From an uncultured Candidatus Poseidoniales archaeon (GTDB lineage Archaea; Thermoplasmatota; Poseidoniia; Poseidoniales; Poseidoniaceae): 64,000 bases of DNA. Made by a program: the position numbers and the translations under genes. The stretch spans positions 4,922 to 68,921 of the forward strand of contig CAXGWS010000008.1 of the NCBI GenBank assembly GCA_964013535.1, written 5' to 3'. The notes beneath the pieces are model-generated. The model saw only the letters and a list, made by a program, of their open reading frames with translations. It had not been told where the DNA came from and did not search any database. Of the stretch, positions 52,436-61,200 are shown piece after piece; position 1 is the stretch's first letter, and every line of letters begins with the position of its first letter.

Positions 52436-54986
52436 GTATATTCCTCCTACCAATTAGACTTAGGGTAACTACTCCAAAACTTGCGAGCAAGAATATTATG
52501 CCAAGAATGAAGCCGCCTGTTTCTGAAACGCTACTTGCTGGCTCGACGGTAATAGAAACCTCAAAGTCCGAAATAGTCATTGAACCTGCAATTAACTGTT
52601 GACCATCAACAACTGGAGTGATAGTATAACTGGTAGGTCCAGCAATTAAGGGTTCATCAGCAAATGCTTGATTAGTAGTTGTACCTATTTGCTCCCCGTT
52701 TCTAAGTATGCTAAATTCGGCATTGTCACCAGAATATTGCCACGTGAGTAATACTTCTTTGTCGTCATTTACCGCTGATAGTTCAGAAATAATTGGGCCT
52801 TGAGTTGTAACGATTATGCTATTCAGCGTTGCAGTTAATCCCAGATCGTCCTCAACAGTCAAACTCATACCAATTGTCCCGTAACCAATTATTTCGACCG
52901 ATTGACCAGTTGCAGAGGCTTGATTGCCTTCACTGTCTTGATATTGCCACAGATAATTTGTTATCACACCATCGACATCGAAAGAACTGCTTGCGTCGAG
53001 CTGAATTATCTCTCCGCGCCAAAGATTTGTGGAAATAATTTCGAAGTTTGCTGATGGTGGTAGATTATCCACCTCAATCGATTTGCTAAACTGCTGTACA
53101 GGTCCATCACTGTCGTGATAGGAGATAGTCAAAGTCCAACTCTGCCCGGCGCCAAATAACTCTGCTGGCACCAGGGTTGAATTGTCAAGGCTGCCTTCTT
53201 GGAATCCGTTTCTAAGCCATTGTATGCTGGATTCAATTGGGTCATCATCAGCATCAAAATATTGTGGGTTAATCTCTAGCCCAATTAAATCATTATTAGC
53301 AAAGGACAAGTTATCCGGTATCGTATCAATAACAATCGACGGAAGACTATTTTGAATACTAAATGATGCGTTTACCGCAGTATTGCTATACGAATCCCCA
53401 TCATTGGCCTTGAGTGAAACCGTCCAGATTTCGCCTTTGCTGGTATATGATGAAGGCAGGGGGTTTAATCCTGATAATTCCGCTTGTTCGATACCATTTT
53501 TTGACCAAATAATTTGGGGATTCGTCGACAAATCATTGTCTAGATCTGTATAATCATATGTGACGGTTATCGAATCATCGGTGTAAATCTCCGATGGGCT
53601 GTAAGTGACAGATTCAACAACGGGTGGTGAATTCACAATAATTGAAGACAATTCTGACCAATTTGACCAATCTTTACCATCACTAACCCTTACTTGGACT
53701 TCCCAGATTTGACCCTTACTAGTTTGGGTAGATTCCACAGTAGTCGAGGTCTCAGTTGTCAAGACATCATCGACGCGCCACTCGATTTCTATGTCAATTA
53801 TTGAATCCCCATCTAAGTCTTGGGCGGTGTACAACAAATCGAGATTATCGACGGTTGTTGGTTGGTTTGGTAATATTACGAGACTTGAAATTTCGGGAGG
53901 ATTATTCGGTTGGAATACTTCACCGATGGTGATTATTTGCGAGGAACTGGAGACAAAATCCTCACCATCACTTACTGTGACCTCAACCCGCCATTCATCA
54001 CCTTCGCGTGTGGCAATTGAAGGGATTGTTGTATCATTTTCAAATTCCGAAATTAATACACCATCTAGATACCATTTAATTTCTATGACCAATGGTTCTT
54101 GGTCATCATCGCTGGCTGTATAACTGACTGTTAAGTCATCACTTTCATCTGCAGCAGAAGGTGTTATACTCGGCGTGCTTAGCGAAGGCGCAGTGTTTTC
54201 GATAGTGACAACATTGCTGGTTACAAGGCTTCCAAAATCACTGCCATCCGATGGTTTCACCGTAGCGTACCATTCCTGCCCCTTTAGAGTCTCACTTGTG
54301 GGTACTGAAAGTCCGGAAATTGTTCCTTGTGGAAGAGCTTGTGAATCTCGATACCAAGTGATTTCGGTACCTGATTGGGCATCGCCATCAGGATCGCTGT
54401 ATGAGTAGCTCAAAGTCAGTACATCAGTTGTTTTAGCATCTGTTGGCGCCAACAAAACATTCGACGCTGATGGTGGATTATTTACTGGCACATTTTCGGG
54501 TACTTGAACAACATACGTAGCCCATCGGTCGCCACTAGTGCCGCCATTGCCGTTGGCAGTTATCCCTGCCACTTCGAAGGTTGTTGTACCTGCACCGGCA
54601 GATGGTGAGGTCCAATCAAAACTCCAGGAACGATAACTGCTACCGGTTACACCATGAGTGGCACTATTGCCTTGACTGTTCACTTTCACTGAGCCAAAGC
54701 CAACCTGCGGCGTACTCAAAACCCCCTTATCGACCTCTAAGGAAAAGCCACCGTTAGAACCTGAGACTCCTCCGCTAACTGATACTGTAATTTGGTATAA
54801 TTTGTTAACATCATACGAAGATGGGAGGCCTGAAATGCCTACTGAAGCTGGAGTTGTGCCTGTCTGAGAATGACAACCGCAACCTGATGCTTGGTTGTAT
54901 ACTCCATTTTGATATCCTTGGATTGCTGGCACAAGTAATAGCATGGATACTGCTGTAATTGCAAGAAGTACTCGGTGCTGACCCAT
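52428..54986 (-). CDS. large anchored ectoprotein: C-x-C-H module, five tandem beta-sandwich repeats of about 95 aa, PKD and Fn3-like domains, C-terminal TM helix
   Basis: The signal peptide is MGQHRVLLAITAVSMLLLVPAIQG and the motif is SGCGCHS. The repeats carry (I/E)W(Y/R)xDG...G(Q/D)xW...V...DG. The PKD motif is LDASSSFDVDGVITNYLWQY. The TM helix is FILGIIFLLASFGVVTLSLIG. Confidence 0.6.
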   Translation of the reverse strand: MGQHRVLLAITAVSMLLLVPAIQGYQNGVYNQASGCGCHSQTGTTPASVGISGLPSSYDVNKLYQITVSVSGGVSGSNGGFSLEVDKGVLSTPQVGFGSVKVNSQGNSATHGVTGSSYRSWSFDWTSPSAGAGTTTFEVAGITANGNGGTSGDRWATYVVQVPENVPVNNPPSASNVLLAPTDAKTTDVLTLSYSYSDPDGDAQSGTEITWYRDSQALPQGTISGLSVPTSETLKGQEWYATVKPSDGSDFGSLVTSNVVTIENTAPSLSTPSITPSAADESDDLTVSYTASDDDQEPLVIEIKWYLDGVLISEFENDTTIPSIATREGDEWRVEVTVSDGEDFVSSSSQIITIGEVFQPNNPPEISSLVILPNQPTTVDNLDLLYTAQDLDGDSIIDIEIEWRVDDVLTTETSTTVESTQTSKGQIWEVQVRVSDGKDWSNWSELSSIIVNSPPVVESVTYSPSEIYTDDSITVTYDYTDLDNDLSTNPQIIWSKNGIEQAELSGLNPLPSSYTSKGEIWTVSLKANDGDSYSNTAVNASFSIQNSLPSIVIDTIPDNLSFANNDLIGLEINPQYFDADDDPIESSIQWLRNGFQEGSLDNSTLVPAELFGAGQSWTLTISYHDSDGPVQQFSKSIEVDNLPPSANFEIISTNLWRGEIIQLDASSSFDVDGVITNYLWQYQDSEGNQASATGQSVEIIGYGTIGMSLTVEDDLGLTATLNSIIVTTQGPIISELSAVNDDKEVLLTWQYSGDNAEFSILRNGEQIGTTTNQAFADEPLIAGPTSYTITPVVDGQQLIAGSMTISDFEVSITVEPASSVSETGGFILGIIFLLASFGVVTLSLIGRRNIHE
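53061..54479 (-). repeat. five tandem protein-level repeats of about 95 aa within the 852-aa ectoprotein
   Basis: The repeat boundaries are marked by PPSASNV, APSLSTP, PPEISSL, PPVVESV and LPSIVID. The repeats are divergent at DNA level. Confidence 0.6.
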
Positions 54987-55046
54987 TATATCACCTTCAA
55001 CTTAAACTATTGAACATTTACTGATAAATGCGTGTACAATGGCCGA

Positions 55047-57182
55047 TTAGAAATCAAGAAGTGATTTTTGCGAGGTGTTTTGTGCCAAAACTTCAGGTGA
55101 TTTCCCAACTTCATTTGGCTCTGTTTCGGTGTTGAGTGCTTGATTGAGAGTATCCTCATTCCAAATAGCCACTCCTAAACTTTCTGCCTTTGTTAATTTT
55201 GATCCTGCGTTTTCACCAGCAATTAATACGTCCAGCTTTGTTGAAATCGAACCTACAACTTTCCCGCCTGCACCTTTAACCATCAATTGTATTGCTTTAC
55301 GAGGTTGGCTTAAAGTACCTGTAATGCAGAATGTCATACCATCAAATTTGCCGCCTGTATCAATTTCCGGCTCTTGTTCTAAAGTCAAGTGCTTGGCCAA
55401 TTCTGCTATCAATTCGCGCCTTGCTTTCAACCCGTCGCGGACTTGGATTGCTACTTTTTCTCCTACGCCGTCATGCTGACATAAGCCTCTAATCGACGCG
55501 TTAGTTCTGAAAGCCTTGCCCGAAGAATCAAGTTCAGGGCCATAATCATCATCTCCAACAACTGCATCAGCAGCAGTTAACCAATCCAACATCCCCTCCA
55601 AGGTTTTGACATGGCTGGCAAATAGTGATGCCAACTCGGGTCCGATTCCTGAAAGTCCCAACGCGTGAATGAATTTACTGAGAGTCATCCGTTTTGTTCT
55701 ATTTAACTCGGATAAGACATTCATTGCAGATTTTTTCCCCATCCTTTCCAAGCCGGTTAGTTGATCCATATCTAAATCATACAGGCCAGATATTGACGAA
55801 ATAAGTCCTGCTTCAAGCAATTGCTCGACTAATTTTTCTCCTATCCCATCCATTTCTAGAGCTCTGCACCAATATAGAATTGAGCGGCTAGTGCGCGCTT
55901 CGCAAAGCATGTTGTAACACTTTAGAAAAGCACCCTCAGTAACCAATTCAGAGTCGCATGATGGACAGATAATTGGTGCAATAATCGACATAGACGGTGG
56001 CAGTTCACTCGAAAACAAGGTGCCGTCTGCGTGTTTACGATTCGTTAAATCTTCTTGAGTGGCACGTCCGAGGCTCTGCTCAATCTTAGGAATAACATCT
56101 CCCCGCCTAACAATCAATATCTTATCACCGATTTTGAGACCAAGTCGAGCAACTTCACCAGGATTGTGCAGCGTAGTATTCTCTACCGTAACTCCTCCCA
56201 CGCTTTGGGGGGCAATTCTTGCAACAGGAGTGACATTGCCCGTCCTTCCTGTTTGCCAATCGACACTCAGCAGCACTGATGTTGCTTCCTCGGGCGGGAA
56301 CTTCCATGCTAATGCCCACCGCGGGTGGTGAGCGGTCATGCCAAGAATTTGGCGTTGCTTGAGGTTATCGAGTTTGAATACAATACCGTCAATTTCAAAT
56401 TCATATTCACTACGCTTATCCGACCACTCTTTGGTGTAATCAATCATCGCTAATTGTGGCCTATCTGAGTCAAACACAGTCCAGGGCGCAGGCTCGATTC
56501 CCGCCTCCTGTAACCAGGCCAAAAGTTCACTATCATTTACCGCCGTTGGAGCATCGCCAACAAATTTCACATCGTAAGCACAGAACACCAAATCCGCAGC
56601 ATCTGCCTTACCATCTCCGTGTTTCTGGCGGAGTGCTCCCGAGCATAAGTTTCGAGGATTTGGTGAAACTTGGCGGTATTTTTCCTCAAAAACTGCTAGT
56701 GGCATCACTACCTCGCCACGAACATGACAGTCAGCCGGAATGTTGAGTCGCAGAGGTATATTAGCCACTAATTTAGCGTTAAGCGTCACATCTTCCCCCT
56801 TTTCTCCGCTACCTCTGGTTGCAGCACGGTGTAAATTGCCAGCAACATATTCCAAGGATAATGCTGAACCATCTAATTTTGGCTGAGCAAGATATCTCTT
56901 GCCGCCAAAAGTGGATTGGGTAACAAAGTGTGTAATGTCATCATTTGTAGTTCCTTTATCGAGGGACCTCATAGGAAATCTATGCTCTACTTTGACTGTG
57001 CCAGGTAGTGGCTCGGGACCTACCTCATGGAGCACAGGATTATCAGGATCTATGCTTACCAGCTCATCCCATAACCGATCAAATTCAGCGTCGGAAATCT
57101 CTGGTGCTGAATGGTTGTAATACAACTCTCGGTGGTAGCGAATCGCCGCTGAGAGTTCCTCAATTCTGCTCTCTCCGGCCAT
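55047..57182 (-). CDS. ligA: NAD+-dependent DNA ligase (bacterial LigA type)
   Basis: The Ia domain is IRYHRELYYNHSAPEISDAEFDRLW and the adenylation motif is KLDG. The Zn finger is CPSCDSEL...C..C. HhH repeats are present and the BRCT region is FCITGTLS. Confidence 0.9.
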   Translation of the reverse strand: MAGESRIEELSAAIRYHRELYYNHSAPEISDAEFDRLWDELVSIDPDNPVLHEVGPEPLPGTVKVEHRFPMRSLDKGTTNDDITHFVTQSTFGGKRYLAQPKLDGSALSLEYVAGNLHRAATRGSGEKGEDVTLNAKLVANIPLRLNIPADCHVRGEVVMPLAVFEEKYRQVSPNPRNLCSGALRQKHGDGKADAADLVFCAYDVKFVGDAPTAVNDSELLAWLQEAGIEPAPWTVFDSDRPQLAMIDYTKEWSDKRSEYEFEIDGIVFKLDNLKQRQILGMTAHHPRWALAWKFPPEEATSVLLSVDWQTGRTGNVTPVARIAPQSVGGVTVENTTLHNPGEVARLGLKIGDKILIVRRGDVIPKIEQSLGRATQEDLTNRKHADGTLFSSELPPSMSIIAPIICPSCDSELVTEGAFLKCYNMLCEARTSRSILYWCRALEMDGIGEKLVEQLLEAGLISSISGLYDLDMDQLTGLERMGKKSAMNVLSELNRTKRMTLSKFIHALGLSGIGPELASLFASHVKTLEGMLDWLTAADAVVGDDDYGPELDSSGKAFRTNASIRGLCQHDGVGEKVAIQVRDGLKARRELIAELAKHLTLEQEPEIDTGGKFDGMTFCITGTLSQPRKAIQLMVKGAGGKVVGSISTKLDVLIAGENAGSKLTKAESLGVAIWNEDTLNQALNTETEPNEVGKSPEVLAQNTSQKSLLDF

Positions 57183-57213
57183 GGTTAACCACCCCAGTCA
57201 TAGGCTTTGAATA

Positions 57214-57642
57214 TCACGAAAATTGGAGTCCTAAGAGTTGAACATCGGCTAATGGACAACGGGTCATAATTGCTTGGGACATTATTCTCAAGTGAATTTC
57301 AGCCACTACAGCAACGGTTGAAGAAAACATGTGCCCAGCATGGACATTATTGTCGTCATCCGACCAGCAGCAGTGAATATGAGTGAATGCTTTACCATCC
57401 TGGGTGCGAGCAATATTACCTGACAGACTGACTAGTTCAGATGGGTTCACTAGGTTTCTTTTAATGTAAATTCCATCATTATTCATGTAACCATATTCAT
57501 TATTGCGCGTTCGACCAATTCCACTTGTTATCGCAGCGGCATCAAAGCCGACCTCATCAGCAAGTTTTTGCAGAGATGCATGAATCTCCTCACTTGGATC
57601 AATTCTTACTAGTAAATCCTCGCCGCTTCTGGTCCATTCCAT
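57214..57642 (-). CDS. PPC-domain (DUF296) protein
   Basis: It has GIGRTRNNEYGY...FTHIHCCW...HAGHMF...VAEIHL and is about 142 aa. Confidence 0.6.
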   Translation of the reverse strand: MEWTRSGEDLLVRIDPSEEIHASLQKLADEVGFDAAAITSGIGRTRNNEYGYMNNDGIYIKRNLVNPSELVSLSGNIARTQDGKAFTHIHCCWSDDDNNVHAGHMFSSTVAVVAEIHLRIMSQAIMTRCPLADVQLLGLQFS

Positions 57643-57679
57643 GTTGTTTCCAAAGCAATCCGCCTATTGGTCATAACGG

Positions 57680-58219
57680 TCATTCAGATTCATCATCACG
57701 ATAGAATCGAGCAATCGCATGTTTTGCCTGCTCTAAATCATGATAATTACCACCTAGTGGCAACGGACCAAAAATTCCCCAACCTCTTCGTAACAGCATG
57801 ATTCTGCGCTTAGGTTGCTTTTTTGCCAGTCTTAATTTCGACCATTCATATCGCTGCCCATCAGCGAATAAGTGTGTTGAGGTAACAGCATAACGCTTCG
57901 GCACCAATAAGTAGATTATGTGCAGAGCTAGCAGGCAATCCCAGATAATGCCGTAAATTATCGGTGTTTTCGATAGGGAAATTAGCGCCCAAGGAAGACT
58001 CATCATTGCGGCCATGGAAAATAAATTCCCCCATTGCCGAATTACCTCATGCGCACCTTCGCTTGCCCAAGCAAAACCGCCTGCATTAAGCTCACCAAAG
58101 TTTGGTACATCGCGCTTTTGTTTCGTTAGCCAGAATGCATCCCAAAGTACAATTGCGGCAAGCACAATAATGACGAATAAGGCAAATGATTCCGCTGTTG
58201 GTAGGTCAACTACGGCCAT
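57680..58219 (-). CDS. membrane protein with C-terminal bacterial-PH-like region
   Basis: Three TM helices are followed by YAVTSTHLFADGQRYEWSKLRL. This call is weak. Confidence 0.45.
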   Translation of the reverse strand: MAVVDLPTAESFALFVIIVLAAIVLWDAFWLTKQKRDVPNFGELNAGGFAWASEGAHEVIRQWGNLFSMAAMMSLPWALISLSKTPIIYGIIWDCLLALHIIYLLVPKRYAVTSTHLFADGQRYEWSKLRLAKKQPKRRIMLLRRGWGIFGPLPLGGNYHDLEQAKHAIARFYRDDESE

Positions 58220-58223
58220 ATGA

Positions 58224-61200
58224 TCACTCCTGCATTCCTTGCCTTGAGCGCAATACGAACAATACTACGACTCCTAAGCCGATTATTATCAGAATTAACG
58301 TAAATGAATCAAATTCTCCACTTGAGCCATCGCTTACCCCCTCCAATGTGTCTGGGATGCCGTCGCCATCATCATCCTGATCTTCAAATAAATTCGTCAT
58401 CAATCCTTCCGGACAATTGATATTGTCTGGTTGTCCATCGCCGTCCGTATCTTGCCAAGCGCAAGCATCTAACGGCCAGTAGTCCCTTGAGTCAATAATG
58501 CCATCATTATCATCATCATCGTCATAGACATCTGGACCACAAGACCTGCTCGCTGAAAGGTCGAACCATGAAGCACTATTACAGGTTGTAATGTAGTCAT
58601 TATCTGAATCTAGTAGTAATACTTCGATTGGAATTATTTGTTCTGATTGCGCTAGATTAGTATCAATTACAACAAGTTTCAGCAGGAAAGAACCGGGCGA
58701 TTCTAGCGTTATAACATCGCTTGGATTAGAAGATGTATGTGAATAGACCTCACTACCGGTATCATCGGTAATACGCCACTGGTAAGTCATTGCACCAACA
58801 TCATCAAAATCATCTACTGCACTAATGGTTGATTCAAATGGTTTCGTTTGCATTATCACGCTAGTAGAGTTAGGACTTGTCGATTGAATCTGTGGTGCTT
58901 GGTTTTCTTTAAGAGTAAAGGTTAGCGTAGTGTTCAAGTCCATGAACTCCGCTTGGCTAAGCGTTATTGATTCAGCTGGATGGCCTGCTGAATTTGCTTC
59001 GATCTCAATGACATCAAGATAAATGTTTGAGATAGATTGCGCATATTTTGTTGCTATACCAATTACTGCCAGAGCGGTAGTACCACTGGCCTCGATGGTC
59101 GATATGCTTTCATCTGAGTAGACCAAATCAATGACGTAATCCGTTGGTTTAGTGATGTTCAAATATCTTGATTCCAAACTAAGAGTTTGGTATAAATGAG
59201 TGACTGCTCCATCATAAATCGATGGTTCTTGGGAAATTTGTACATCTATCATGTTTACTTCAATTAAACCGCTAATTTCGGTCGCTCCAATAATTGATGA
59301 TTTTTCCACGGCAAGTGGATAATCTTCGATGGATAATGCAGTTGAAGCATTGACTACAGCATTAGTGATTTCAAAAGGTGAGGCTGTATCAGGACCATCG
59401 GCATGTAGGTCTATACCGACTGCATATCCTGACAACTCTACGTTTGCTAGGCGTAACGGGTCTGAGTAACGGCCATGATGACTTATTATTGCCGTACCAT
59501 AACCATTGCCAGTAAGGATTACATCTGATATCAACCCTGCTGAGGCGTCAAAATCAATCGCCGGAGCGCCGCTCAAATTTATCGATTCGAGGTTTAATGC
59601 CCTATTGTTAGAACCACTAAGCGCTGCAGTTCCCCCGACTGTGCCTGAAACATTTGAAATTAGCAAACCTCCATTGATGTAATTCATTTTGACAATACTG
59701 CCAAATCCGTTAAACTCCGTTGCATCTATGTTTAGGATTTCGCCCACCACACTGGATAACATCAATCCATCTGATGAGCCTTGACCAATCACTACATCTA
59801 CAATATTGAGGTGCGCATTTTCTGCTCTTATCGCAGGTCCATTACAACGGTCGAATTGAACATTTGCTATCTCAACTTCAATGGTCGACTTTACGATGTC
59901 AATACAAGCCCCACTTGCATCACTCAAATGGGAATTTATCAGACTAAAAGTTCCACCATGTTGCTCATTTATCTCGATTAAGGCTCGTGATGAAGCCGAG
60001 CGAGATACTGATACTTCCTCAGCGATTAGACTACCACCGTTGTATGTTATGGCAGGAGATGCTTCGAGTAATGTAGTACCCAATAAATGAGTGGTTGAGT
60101 ATTGTGAATCCATAATCAACCCAGACCAGCGAGCACCGAAACCTGTTGAAGAAAAGGTTGCAGATTGTGCATCAAGTGTTCCAAGAATGGTTATCTGTAC
60201 TCCGTCTGAAATTCTCAATGAGACATCATCAACAATCGTCAATGTACGACCCAAAGGAATGGTGATATCTGATTCAAGGAAATACGGACTCCATACCGAT
60301 TCAAGAGTCATATCGCTACTGAGAATTGCGTCAACATCTACGCTCGAGACAATAAACTGATGTGATTTGGCAGACGATGTATTCCAAGTGATTAATTCAT
60401 TATAACCCGACAATTTTAGCAGAACGTTTTCGTTTGTCCCGACAAAGTCCCCTTGTGAATCAATCAATCTAGCAATTGATTCAATCGATACATCACCTGA
60501 TAGATCGGTAAAGTAGTCGTTATTCTGAAATTCAATTACTGCGTTGCTAATAGGTAAGCCTCGATCAACTACAGAAACAGACAAGGTCGAGGTTATTTTT
60601 ATTGATGAATCGATGGGTGTGGAGGCTGTACCGGTTAAAATACCATTTGCTATGGTTAATTGACAATTTGGCCCGAGAGTTAATTGTTGAACTACTATGA
60701 GGTTCGAGACATTGGTTTGACTGCCACAATTCCATTCAACGTCAGCGTCCATTAGCAGCTGTGAATGACTTGACACTCCCGTAATTGTGCTTGAGTCATT
60801 AAGCAATATTTCATCTGATTCAATCGAAGAATTGGCGCCAATAATTTGCGCATTATCGTTGAGAATTATTGCTTTACCCGGCGCCATGATGAGATTCATA
60901 TCGAATAATTGGAGTATCGCTTCGTCTTCGAGAATTAAATTGCCCACTAATGATTGACTGGTATCTAATGATTGCAAAGATATCGATTGGTTGCCTGAGA
61001 GAATCCAATCGCCACTTGGAATTACTGGTATTCTAACGACTTGTCCGCCTAGCCCCCCATTTAGGCTCTCACTGATTCCGGTTCCAGCCAAACTTGCTGT
61101 AACTTTAGAACCCGAAGTGAACAGTGGTATCAAAACCTCGCCGTTTTCATCACTTGTGAACTGAAAAGTGTTTACATTAATTACTGCTTGAACGGGATTA

